Source of the DNA: Dendrobates tinctorius
Lineage: Eukaryota
NCBI RefSeq assembly: GCF_039654945.1
Contig: NW_027362026.1
Span: 1,736,001-1,800,000 of the forward strand
Direction: 5' to 3'
DNA: 64,000 bases
Shown: in pieces, positions 47,301 through 59,469 of the stretch
Layout: each line of letters starts with the position of its first letter
How positions within the stretch are numbered: position 1 is the stretch's first letter
Program-made: the position numbers and the translations under genes
The notes under the pieces: generated by a model
What the model saw: the letters and a program-made list of their open reading frames with translations, nothing else
Database searches by the model: none
What the model was told of the DNA's origin: nothing

Positions 47301-48589
47301 GCCTGACAAATTGCAAGGGAACGTAAGCAGTTCCTCAGAGTGGCCAGTGTTGGGGTCATATGTCTCCTGGGACTCTTGATGGTGGGAGGAAGAAGAACCA
47401 GGTTGAGGATTCAGAGGTCAAGCCTCTTGGCTACTAACACTGGTCTGTGTGAAAGACTTCGTGGTGCTGCTTGTCAATACACTGGAGCCTTTGTCTGCCA
47501 TCACGCTTGTTCATTAGTGGTGTAGCACGCTGACCAAATTTTGACAGGAACCTAGAATGAGATACAGTCACCTTCGAATCTGTCATATTGCCTGGCGGGC
47601 ACATCCACATCCACATCCACGTCCCTTATCATCACCTTTTGTCATCTTGAATGCGTTATGATTATGAAACCAAAAAATACTGGCTTTATTTTTCACAAGT
47701 AACCTTACAAAGGTCTAATTTACAAATTCACTGTATCTAGCAATATGTGGCTGTTTTTTTGGAGCTTGCAGCTTGATTAAACATGGCAACAGCAGACTGA
47801 CATAAATTACAGGTAAATAGTCATGTATGCTTATCTCTGCAGGCTTTATGCCAGTCGCACAACTGGACACTTACTGTTCGAAACGCGTAGCCATGTATGA
47901 CGTGTGCAGCATGCCTGTCATCATCTATCTTTTTTTAATTTTGTTATTTAAAAATTTATTTTTTTTTTATAAGAAGCTGGAACAAAATCTATTTTTTCTT
48001 AATGAAGATTATTGCCCCTACTAAATTGTCACGTAAGATTATCTGTACCGGATTGCGCCAGTTGAACAACTGCTATATAAAGATACGCTATTTTTTAAAC
48101 CAATAGAAAATTATGATTTTTTTTCAATCATCTTGTTGACACACTCCAAGTGCGGAGTAATGAAGATTATTGCCCCTGCTAAATTGTCACGTACGATTAT
48201 CTCTACCCGGATTGCACTAGTCGCACAACTGCTAGACAAATATTAGGTATTTTAAGCAATAGACGAGGAATGTTATTTAGTAATTAGATTTTAAAATGGA
48301 TGTTACTATATGTTGCCACTGAGAAATTTATAGGCTGCTATACAGGAATATTATGTAGCTCCCAAAGAAATGGTTTTGTATATGCTGGTACTACCTAATA
48401 TTGTTTCCCTCTATTTCCCTCTACAAACAGCTGATTTTTATATTTTGGAAGTGGATGAAACCATCCCCATTTCACCCTAATCCCACAGTCTGTTCCTAAT
48501 ACTAACTAACGTGTATACTCGAGTATAAGCTGAGGCACCTAATTTTACCACAAAAAAACTGGGAAAACTTGTTGACTCGAGTATAAGCC

Positions 48590-49185
48590 TGGTATGCTTT
48601 GTCCCCTCATCCCCATCATAGTATGCACGTCCCTTCTAATCCCCATCCTGGTATGCATGGCTCCTCATCCCTATCCTTGTATGCATGGTTCCTCATCCCT
48701 ATCCTGGTATGCATGGCTCCTCATCCCTATGCTTGTATGCATAGTTCCTCATCCCTTTACTGGTATGCATGGCTCCTTATCCCTTTTCTGGTATGCATGG
48801 CTCCTCATCCCTACCCTGGCATGCATTGTCCCCTCATTCCTATACTGGTATGCAGAGCTCCTCATCCCTTTCCTTGTCTGCATGGCTCCTCATCCTTATC
48901 CTTGTCTGCATGGCTCCTCATCCCTATCTTTGTATGCATGGCTCGTCATCCTTATTCTAGTATTATTGGTCCCATCCCTATCCTAGTAGGCATGGCTCCA
49001 TCCTTATCCCTTGCATGCATGGCCCCATCCCTATCCTTGTATGCATGGCCCCATCCCTATCCTAGTATGATTGGCCCCCATCCCTATCCGTGTATGCATA
49101 GCCCCATCCCTATCAGTATATGCATGGCTCCATCCCTATCAGTGTATGCATGACCCAATCTTTATCCTGGCATGATTGGCCCCCA
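48590..49185. repeat. 26-28-bp minisatellite (TGGTATGCATGGCTCCTCATCCCTATCC)
   Basis: About 21 degenerate tandem copies. They account for the ORFs at 48594-49153. Confidence 0.9.
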
Positions 49186-49588
49186 TATAAAACATAAAAA
49201 TAAACCATTATGCTTACCTTCCTGCGCGCCCTCGCAGCATCTTGTTCTGGCACCAGCAGTTGCTTTATACTTGTAAGCAGCGCATGGCAGGGACATCATG
49301 CCCTGCTCACAAGCAGAGCACAACTGCCGTAATACTCACCGCTCCTGAAGCTGGAATTGTGTGGAGGGCAGTGAGTATTAAGTAGCATGCACAGTGTCAG
49401 CCGCCGGGCGGTCAAGTGTGCCGCTACTTAAGAGAAATGACTATTCACCTCTCTCCACACCCATGGGAGTGGAGAGAGGTGAATATTAATTCCCCTTAAG
49501 TAGAGGGCACACGTGACAGCCTGGCAGCTGCAGGAGCCGGCTACTGCTGCTGACTATGCACGCTATTACAGAGAAATGAATATTCATT

Positions 49589-52500
49589 TGGAGCGCCCAC
49601 CAGGGCAGTGGGGATTACTTGGTACTGGGCCACTTCTTAAAGGGGCAGTGTCACAGAGGTGGTGACCCAGTCCATGGCCTTTTGCATTCAATAAAAGGGG
49701 TATATTTACAAGGGATTGAAAAATAAAGAGTTTTTGTTATAAAGTGTTTGTGACACCACCTGTGGTATCTGATCAGAAGTGACCAGCGCTGCAGGGCAGA
49801 TCCTCTGGGACTGATGGTGTGATGCATCAGAGTTGGAATAGCTGAGCTGTTATCCCAGGGCAGCAGTGGTAAGTTAAAGATGCATTGATTGCTGCTGGTA
49901 GATGTAGCAGTGCTGAATGAGTGTTGAAGCAAGAATTCAAAGGACACAGTGGGGTGCAGTTCCAAAGTTTTACTCACAGTTTTGTCTGAAGTACAGGTGC
50001 CCGCTTGGTGCCATGTCCTCCAGGTGAGGGGCCCAGTCAACTCCCAAGCAGATGAAGTACTCCTTTCCAGCGCTCCCTTCAGTTTTGTCACGTGCCCCGT
50101 CCTGAGTGACACGGCCAGCAGGCCGGTAACTGATACAACAGGATGCGGCACGTGTAATTGTCCTATGTGATGTGGCCCGCAGGCCGGTAACTAATACAAT
50201 AAGACAAGGGGAAAGGAAAACCTGGGTAACAATAACAATGGAGGCCCTGCGATAGGGAAACGGGGAAGTGGAGACCTCCTGCACTCCCCTGAGTCAGTGT
50301 CTCTGCACTCCTAACGTTCCCTAGGCCGGTTCCGCACCGGGTGCCGATCATGAGCCTCAAAACCCTGACTCGCCCTGCACCTAAACCCTCACTAGGGAAT
50401 TGGTCGGTGCGGAAACTAATCCCACCACTGCACTAAACACACATAAGGAAAAGTGACAAAATAGAGGAACACCACTTAGCTTTGCTCTGTTGTTACGCTC
50501 CCAGCAACAGAGCCCACCACCTGCGTGCATCTTTTCCTCCACCGTGTCGGACATCTGGGTGCACTGTCCAGAAACGGACCTTCTCAGCATCATAGTGCAG
50601 CCTTGGAGCAAACAGAGTCCACACCTGCGTGCAGCTGTCCAGAAACAGAGTCCCGCAAATGAGTCCAGCTTTTCTGCCAAAAAGTCCAGTATGCTTGAGT
50701 CCAGCTCTCAGCAACAACATCCAGCATTTTGAGTGTAGCTCTACACCATAGCTGCCACTCCACCAATCCATGCACAAACTCCTTGCTGACACCATAGCTG
50801 TGACTCCACCACGCCATGCCAGCACTCCTTGCAGACACCATAGCTGACACTCCAGGGATCTCACTGAGCTGCCTGTGACTCTCCTTTAGCTCCATCCTTC
50901 ACCCAGGAGGCTTGCTTGCAAATGAATACTTTATCACCAACAGTGACTAACACACCTGATACTCTCTTATAGAGCTCTCACACCTGTTACATAATTACGT
51001 GCACAAACTAAGGTAACCAAAGTGCAATGACCCTAATGACCACCGGGGGGAAAACTACAACTGAAATCACCACAGTGCAATGACCCTAATGGCCACCGGG
51101 GGCAAAACCACCTTTGGCACACAGCCAAGGGGAAAAAAAAGGTTACTTTGTGCATTTAATCTGTCAGATCCAACCTGGATCGTGACAGTACCCTCCCCTT
51201 AATGAGGGGCCTCTGGACCCTCAAGACCACTCCTCATCAGTGCACCACCTACAGCGGAGATGCCTAGATCCAAAGTTCACCCCAACCACTACCTGCACTT
51301 CAGGTTTATGACAAACGCACCGCTGGTATTGGCAAAATAAGTTCTGGAGGCACCACTCATCTCCAAAGCGTCGACCTGGGGAACGAGTTATGTATGAGTA
51401 TGTGTATGTTCGGTATGAGCTGGTAAGACTCCGCAACACACTTCCACAAAATGTTTTTTGGTGGCCACCCATACATGCTCGTTCACACACAGGTCCGGAC
51501 CTGAATGTTTATTGCCACACATTCGTTTGTCATATTTCGGTGAACTCATTCTAGGATCGACAACAGAGGCATCCCCCTGTGTCACCACACTCACACCCCC
51601 ACACTCCACCAAGGGGTACACCACCCCCCAACCCCCTACACCACGAGGTCGATGCCTCCCAGGGTTGGCTAATGGCGACGGTTGAGATTTGCCCCTACTC
51701 CCCCGCAGCACACCTGCTGCTCACACCGGTGAGGGAGGGGCCTGGAAAATGGAGGAAAAATACACTCCCTGGTCGCCTTCCTCCAAACGACCAGGAGGGG
51801 CGGCTACTTCGGTGGTATGGAAGATTTGGCGTAAACCCCATGGACTATCACACCAGTCTGCTCACTACAGGGATGCACCCCTTCACCTCGGGGAACCCCA
51901 GACAGCACCATGGGGACCAACTCCACCCACCTGTCTGGGTACATCCGCCTGTATGAGCAAGTTCTGCTCCCCAGCATCGACTCGAGGGGGCTTCATTGCC
52001 AGCCGCTATTTGATTTTCTGGTTGAGCCAAATGGGAGGCCCCAGACCCTGATAATTGCTGCTGAACTGCTTCACACCATGCAGCTCCTCACTCTCCTCAG
52101 TGAGGCCCAGCAGCCAATACTCACAGGTCTCAACATGGCCTGAGGCTAACCAGAAAAAAAAGTAAGGTTGGTGATAATGTCATGTGCCCCGTCCTGAGTG
52201 ACACGGCCAGCAGGCCGGTAACTGATACAACAGGGCGTGGCACGTGTAATTGTCCTATGTGACGTGGCCCGCAGGCCGGTAACTAATACAATAAGACAAG
52301 GGGAAAGGAAAACCTGGGTAACAATAACAATGGTGGCCCTGCGATATGGAAACGGGGAAGTGGAGACCTCCTGCCCTCCCCTGAGTCAGTGTCTCTACAC
52401 TACTAACGTTCCCTAGGCCGGTTCTGCATCGGGCGCCGATCAGGAGCCTCAAAACCCTGACTCGCCCTGCACCTAAAGCCTCACTAGGGAATTGGTTGGT

Positions 52501-53969
52501 GCTGAAACTAATCCCACCACTGCACTAAACACACAGAAGGAAAAGTGACAAAACAGGGGAACATCACTTAGCTTTGCTCTGTTGCTTACGCTCCCAGCAA
52601 CAGAGCCCACCACCTGCGTGCATCTTTTCCTCCACCGTGTCTGACATCTGGGTGCACTAACCAGAAACGGACCTTCTCAGCATCATAGTGCAGCCTTGGA
52701 GCAAACAGAGTCCACACCTGCGTGCAGCTGTCCAGAAACAGAGTCCCGCAAATGAGTCCAGCTTTTCTGCCAAAAAGTCCAGCATGCTTGAGTCCAGCTC
52801 TCAGCAATGTCCAGCATTTTGAATGCAGCTCTACACCATAGCTGCCACTCCACCAATCCATGCATGAACTCCTTGCTGACACCATAGCTGCGACTCCACC
52901 ACGCCATGCCAGAACTATTTGCAGACACCATAGCTGACAATCCAGGGATCTCACTGAGTTGCCCGTGACTCTCCTTTAGCTCCATCCTTCACCCAGGAGG
53001 CTTGCTTGCAAATGAATACTTTATCACCAACAGTGATTAACACAACTGATACTCTCTTATAGAGCTATCACACCTGTTACATAAATACGTGCACAAACTA
53101 AGGTAACCAAAGTGCAATGACCCTAATGGCCGCCGGGGGGAAAACTACAAATGAAATCACCACAGTGCAATGACCCTAATGGCCACCGGGGGCAAAACCT
53201 CCTTTGGCACACAGCCAAGGGAAAAAAAAAAGGTTACTTTGTGCATTTAATCTGTCAGATCCAACCTGGATCGTGACAAGTTTATGCCTTTCCTGGCCGT
53301 CTCACTGTGTTGCCTTTCCTCGCCTCTTCCTACACAACACCTCACAGTCAGCAGCCTCGGACCCTGTCAGATAATGTGCCCAATGCATTTCCTTGCTTTT
53401 TTCTGGCTGCCTTTCTGGAGAAGATAACTGTGGTTAGTGGCTGTGACCCCTAAAGTTGCCACAGCTGTTGTCTTTCTAGCTGAGTCCTGATGTCCACTCT
53501 ATTAGGCTAAGGGGCCGAGACCCTTCTGTTACCTGATCCCTCCACCTGACAGAATTCAGCGTGGAACGAGCCCCACGGGTGGCCTACGCTCTGCCTGTGC
53601 CTCTGGGATCCCTTCCCTCTTCAGGGAGCTTCCTTCAGTCACTTTCCTTCCCAGCAGCTTCTGCTGACAGGGAGCTGCTGCACACATGTCCTCTCACTTC
53701 TCCCCCAAGGGAGGAACTGATCCTGACTTCCTACAGTTCTCTGCTCTAACCCTCAAGCTCCACCCACCAACCAACACCCTTTCCTATCCAGCAGGAATGA
53801 GATCCTCCTGCCTTAGGGTCCATCCAGGGTGCCCTGCTGCCATAAGAGAGCGTTGGATGCAGGTGTAAGAGTGCGGTCAGGTATCTCCACTTTACCTGGG
53901 TAGTGGGATACTACACCTCAGAATGAGGTGCAGTACCTCTGTGGCGACTGAACCCTCAGGGGCGCCACA
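49589..53969. mobile_element. Solo LTR split by a two-LTR element
   Basis: TGGAGCGCCC...GGGCGCCACA; 4-bp TSD CATT (49585-49588, 53970-53973). Confidence 0.85.
50086..53278 (-). mobile_element. Complete non-autonomous LTR retrotransposon of the Tf1/sushi self-priming type
   Basis: LTRs 52178-53278 (5') and 50086-51187 (3'), both TGTCA...TGACA; 5-bp TSD AGTTT; PPT AAGGGGAGGGTAC; 990-bp internal region with no intact gag or pol; PBS complementary to the LTR itself. Confidence 0.92.
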
Positions 53970-54582
53970 CATTGCCAGTGCAGTGAATATTTATTTATTT
54001 TTAGCAGCGGGCACAGGAGTTAACTCGAGTATATATGGTACTATACAACACAGTGGAAAATAGCAGAGATCTGCAGCATGTACTTGCAATGATGAGAACA
54101 CCCAGGTGCGTGCCTTTCATACTCCCTCCTATTAAATCTCTCCCTACTTAAATCCCCATCTAACAAACAAGTAATCTCTTCACAATCTTAAGTTCTTAAA
54201 AGAGCTTTTTGGAATAAATAACACTCATTATAACCTCCTATCACTCTCCCTATGCTCCTTTCACTCTCCCTACGCTGAAACTATGCTCTCCCTACCCTGA
54301 TTTCAGGTGCAATTTGCGCAAGATGACGCAAGCAGCCTTTAAATATTCCCTATGCTGCTGGAAGGCCAGCCAATCAAATTAATGCCACACCAAAGATGGC
54401 ACCAGCATTACTGTGATTGACAAGCTAACCCAGCAAGTACATTGGCTGCAAAAAAAGCACCAAACATAGTCACTCGAATATACCAAGGTGAATACCTAAT
54501 TACTCGCAGAGTAACGAATAGCCCGAATACCGTACTATTCATGTGAGTAATGAATAGTGACGACTGTATTTGCTCATCACTA

Positions 54583-55282
54583 GTAACGATCTCTTTAAGG
54601 CCAGTTGGTGCCACTATTCTGGGTTCAGAGAAAACTCACTTTTGGCCCTTAGGCTGGCCACATGGGCTACTGCAAGCGGGAACTTGGTTGTAAGCTACTT
54701 CTACTCCCAGGACTCTAATGGCCATCTCCTTAAAGTCTAAAAATATGCTGTCTGGGTTCTGTAGGGACAGTATTTGCAGTAGTTTTTTTTATATAATCTG
54801 TTCCTGCCACCTTTACCAACTGGTCGTGTCTTCAGTACTTTATGAGGATCCACCTGATGTATAGCATGCAGTGCTTCTTGTAAGCTAATAACAAAATCTC
54901 TGAGTGACTTATCAAGCAGTTGTTTTCTGCCAAAGAACCACATTTTTAATTCTGGGACTGTTCTGGTATCAAAGGTGGCATTCGGTCTCTCATAGATTTG
55001 GTTAACAGTTCTTTTCTCAGTATGGAGCCAGGATTACACCTCTCTTAGAGCTGCTCCACTCAATTGCCCAATTAATATTTCCAACTTCTGCTCTGTGGAC
55101 ACTGGATGAAGTCTAAACATAGCCTGCATTTTTTCTCTGAAGTCTATTAGTTCATGGGCATCCCCTTTATAGCTTGGGAGCCACACTGCCCCAAAATAAA
55201 ATGTCATAGTTAGGGGCATTGCATGGGCCACGCTGAAAGCACCACTACTGTTGGGTAGGTCACAATCTTTATCCTCAGACAT
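54583..55282 (-). pseudogene. gag: Old Gypsy gag N-terminus
   Basis: WLPSYKGD..ILIGQLSGAALREV. The frame continues across the hAT TSD into 41324 (GLKEIVT-NCAQGQ). Confidence 0.8.
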
Positions 55283-55589
55283 TTTGTACAGTCTATTAAA
55301 ATAAGGTGCTGATGAAGTTTGATTACCCTCTTCCGCGGTGCTGTCCCTTTAATTGAGGCTATGATCCTGTTCTCTTGTGCTGCAGGAATCACTGATGCTG
55401 CACTGCAATCCTGTAGCTGTGAATAATGGTGGCACTTGCTTTTGTACAATTTCATTTTTTGAAAGGCTGTAGAGGAGGAGGGACTTCCCCATGTTTGGCA
55501 CCCTGTGCTGCAATTGACTGAGGCACGATGAAGAAGACGGTGCTTACTTCAAGTTCTGTGATTGTCCTCCCTGCATATGGCAAAATTTC

Positions 55590-56010
55590 TGTCATGATCC
55601 AGGACTGGGGGTTAATTGTTCCGCCTCTCTCTGGCAGAGGGCGGCTATTAATTGCTCACTGGACCTAGGTCCGGTGTCAGTTATACTCCTGCCCTCGGCT
55701 GAGTTAGTTGACCTTGTGCGTACGTGTGCCTTGTGCCTGATATCTTGCTTGCTTGTTTGGTTTTGATCCGGTTCTGTCCCTGTTATGAGTTCTGCCTGCC
55801 CCTCTTGTACTGCGCTACCTCTCATGTATGACTCTCTGCTTGTGACCCAACTTCTCTCTGCTCGTCCCCTTGGTACCACGTCGCCATCTTGTGTATGACC
55901 TTTGGCTTTGTCTGACTACCCATCTGTTTGTCCCTCCTGTGCCTCGTTTGCCCGTACTGTTGTGACCTCCGTTTTGCCTGACTCTGAGTTGTTGTATGGT
56001 GTCCTGTCAT
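55590..56010. mobile_element. Probable LTR fragment, related to 59013-59440
   Basis: Both begin TGTCATGATCCAGG and have pyrimidine-rich bodies with TGACC repeats. No TSD confirmed. Confidence 0.4.
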
Positions 56011-56092
56011 ATCAGAAAGCAGGACGCTAAGCCCCGCCCCCTTGCAGTCACCTGACCATAGGTCCTTTGCCAGCTTGCTAACTTCAGTGTCC

Positions 56093-56596
56093 TCAGGTCC
56101 TGTGCCTCTTTACTTTCCGGCGCTGACTGGACCCTGACTCTAATAGTTTGAAGCACGCATTGTCACCTCTGCTGCCACTCCACAGGTATCTTTTAGCACT
56201 GTTTCTGTACTCAGGACATGCGCACTGGCTCTGTGAGCGAGTGTAGTGCGGTGTCTCTGACAATTTCCTTTTGTATTGTGGATCTATTAGACTGGCAACC
56301 CAATATTCAGCACTATTGATAACACTTAGAATAAGGGCATCATGTTGAAGATAGTGTAGCAAGAAGGCGCTCATGTGTCAGTTGCTTCCATGAGGTCCAA
56401 GTCCATGGTGTGTTAGTGAAGGGGTAACACTCAAGCTTGATTCCTCCATCCCCTCCCACCAACCACGGACAACAGAGAGGGGATCATTATCCTCTTGATC
56501 TCCTAATTGTTGCGCACCCATGACCTCTTCCTCCATGTCCTCTTCCATTTGTTCCTCACCTCCTGCACGTTCATTAACAGTCTGGTGCCATGACAC
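56093..56596 (-). pseudogene. hAT transposase fragment
   Basis: Acidic tract followed by EYWVASLIDPQYKRKL, matching DYWLASILDPRYKGKL in the intact-structure hAT. Confidence 0.75.
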
Positions 56597-56654
56597 CCCT
56601 CAATTGCTGTACTCCACCCTCCCATGGCACCTGCCTGTGTGACAACAGAGATCA

Positions 56655-57345
56655 GATTTTAATATCCTACACAGTTTGGTGTTGCTAGCAAAGACTGACA
56701 CTTTACTCTCAATCCCATCCACTAGGTCATTAATAAAAAGGTTAAAAATAATCCGTCCTAGTACAGATCCCTGCAGTATCCCACTGTTGACTATGTCGCA
56801 TTTAGAGAACATATAATTTATGATGACTCTTTGTTCCCTCTCATTTAGCCAATTCCTTACACATCTGCATAAAGTTTCCCCCAGTCCTTCCATCTCTAGC
56901 TTCAATATACTGTAAGTGTTCATACTCACATGCGAGAAACTCAGACGAGTCTCGCACGTCAATACCTGGCACTGCGGCCAGCACTCGGATCGGAGCGTGG
57001 AGCTGCTTGTATTTCTATGCAGCTGAACGCTCCGATCCGAGTACCGGTGGCAATGCTGGGTATTGACGTGTGAGGCTCGTCCGATTTTCTCACATGTGAG
57101 TATGAGCCATAAGGCTGTTATGCAGTGCAGTATTACATGCCTTTGCAAAGGCCAGATAAGTCATATCAGTCACATTACCAACATTCACATTTTCACTTAC
57201 ATACTCATAGAAACCCAGCATGTTGGTTAGGCATGACCTATCTTTCACGAATGAGTGCTGGTTGTCGTTTACTATATTATTCTCTGCAATATATCTCTGC
57301 AGGTCATCTCTTAGATTGCCCTCAAAAACTATTGTTGTTAGGCTG
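56655..57345 (-). pseudogene. CR1 LINE RT fragment
   Basis: WLNEREQRVII, SGILQGSVLG, FINDL, FASNTKL (decayed FADDTKL). Confidence 0.8.
56916..57109. mobile_element. Palindromic Harbinger-type MITE inside the CR1 fragment
   Basis: Whole-length imperfect hairpin, TCATACTCACATG / CATGTGAGTATGA, TAA TSD. A related half copy lies at ~4527-4638. Confidence 0.8.
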
Positions 57346-58069
57346 AGGTCCTAGCTTGTATCTTCTGCCTCATCCATGTAAACCTGGCTACATCCTAGTA
57401 AAGACAATAAGAGCCCAATCTTAACACATAACAAGGGGCAGATTATAACTTACTCTGACAATCCTTTCTACAATTTTCAGTATTGAAGTTGTTAATATAA
57501 ATTTAAGCCGAGAGGTCCAATGTCAGATGCAAGAGTATTGGAAAAGTTAATGGAAACAGAAGAAATGTTGAAAGACTTGGCTTCTATTCAGATGGGACTC
57601 TGCCAAGACAGACGGAGAACAATGGATGACTGTTTGAAGGAACACATCATCTGGGCAGATATAATGACATCAGCTCTAGGCAAAGGCCAGAGAAGTGAGA
57701 CTCTGCCTGTGCTGCAATGCTGTGGTTTACATTTCTGAAATAAATTTGCCACCAAACCGCAAGGAGTCAACATTTGCATTTGCATTCAATGTTGTAGAAC
57801 AAGCTGGCCATTTACAGTGGTTTCAACAGACAATGACGATCAGCTGCCCTTGTACAGAGCATTGCAACTGGTTCCAGGTTCCACAGCACAATACAGAAGT
57901 CATTAGTATGTCCAATTGTCTTTACCAAGAAGCCAACATGTTTCTCTCAACCCAATATTTCATTTCTGCTGGGTCAATTTAAATTATGTGGCCTGATCTT
58001 TCCAACTTAACTTACTAACTTAACCAAAGACAAAACCAAAGAAATGAGCAGGAACATGTGTTGGTCTAA

Positions 58070-58386
58070 AGGTACTGTCACACTTAGCGATATACCAGCG
58101 ATCCCGACCAGCGATATGACGGGATCGGGATCGCTACTTACCTGTCACACTAGGCGATCCTGACGTCCTCCCGCCCGGCTCCACGCTCGTCGCTCGTCTC
58201 TCCACAGGAAGGGCCGCAGGAAGCTGACGACGAGACAGTCCAGGACGATCTCGTGCGATCAGCGATAACCAGCGGGGGAGCGGGTCGTTGGTAAGTATCA
58301 GACACAGCGATATCGCTAGCAATATCGCTATAACGTCACAAGTTATAGCGATATTGCTAGTGATATCGCTTAGTGTGGCAGTACCT
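58070..58386. mobile_element. Harbinger-type MITE (same family as 9825 and 30097), internally deleted
   Basis: TIR AGGTACTG(T/C)CACAC; TAA TSD. Confidence 0.88.
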
Positions 58387-59469
58387 TAAGTGTAATGTGC
58401 TTTGCACGTTCACAGTGTGTCAATTTAACAGACAGAACCAAAGATAAAAACAGACCCTTTTTGGGTACACATTTTGCCTTTACAGATTTTCACAGTCAGA
58501 TGTCTGGACAGTCGGCCTGCTCTGCACCCGTCTATATTGAGGTTTGCTGACACATACTGAGGTGAATTACAAGAGTTAAGGACCATCCCGATTGGGAAGA
58601 CCTTGTGGTGGTGAAATGGCTTTTATGCTTTTTTGATCAAAATAGTGTCAGCTAAGTACCATATGTTATTGTACTATTATTAGTTACTTACTACAGGATA
58701 TTTTCTAATTTTATTTTTATACTAGCTTCTGCCTGTTAATGACCACAGTATGAATGTGTTAGCAGGTTGTGGGATACAGTGACAGACAGAAGGCAGAGCA
58801 AGGGTTAACAAATTTAACAGTTTAATTTAACAAGGGATTAACTCCTAGCAGGGAGACAAATGGTTAATGGGGAAATGTGCAGAACAATAAGTGCAGAATA
58901 AGAACAGTCTTTTTAGAAAGAACTTATTGTGTCCTTTGTGCTCCTCCATGGTAGATGATCCCACAGGGCGTGGCAGTGTCAGCAATGGCTGAAACGTATG
59001 TCCAAGGGAGGTTGTCATGATCCAGGCCGGGTTTTGTTTTTATGTTATTCTCTCCCTGGTCTGGTCATGTGAGGTTTAGCTTTTTCTGCCTCATTTTGGG
59101 ATCTGTGTTGCTATTTCAGTCCGCTGGCAAGCAGCATCAGTTATAGTTCCTGCCCCCAGGCTTGAGCATCTGACCCCGTCACACCCTGGTTTGTCCTCTG
59201 CCCGTTTACTCCTGTTTCCCCGCTTGGTTAAGTGTTTGTTCCCCATGCTTTGACTTCTTGGTATGTGACCTGGCTTGCCCTCTGACCTGTCTGTCTTTCG
59301 TCTCTGATATCTCTGATCCCGGCTGGTTCTGACCTCTCTGGCTTGTATTTGTGTATTGTGTTTCCCTCTGGTACTGTGTTTCCTGACTGTTGCTGACCCG
59401 GCTCATCTGACCACTCTCTCGCCACCTAGTGGCTCCTGTGATGCCGTACTGTGGTGCTACGCTGTGAGT

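Larger units (their letters stand above)
48509..54038. mobile_element. pogo/Tigger-like (Tc1-mariner) non-autonomous element
   Basis: Ends ACGTGTATACTCGAGT / ACTCGAGTATATATGG with TA TSD (48507-48508, 54039-54040). Confidence 0.7.
41333..54582 (-). mobile_element. Old internally deleted hAT element inserted in Gypsy gag, hosting several later insertions
   Basis: TIR TAGTGATGA..AAATA at both ends; 8-bp TSD GTAATGGT / GTAACGAT (6/8). Transposase remnants at 47645-47300 (MTKGDDKGRG..GHSEELL) and 43130-42790 (BED finger). Confidence 0.8.

Noticed and set aside
47860-48240. Third hammerhead (CGAAACGCGTAG at 47879) with a nearby ~75-bp duplication
   Set aside because: No recognisable CUGANGA half or stem II. 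At most a decayed Penelope-like remnant.
50381-52985. Duplicated ~100-123 aa ORFs
   Set aside because: They lie inside the two LTR copies and show no protein motif.
57400-58060. Short ORFs that might be an exon or a Harbinger accessory gene
   Set aside because: No motif recognised and stop codons in all frames.
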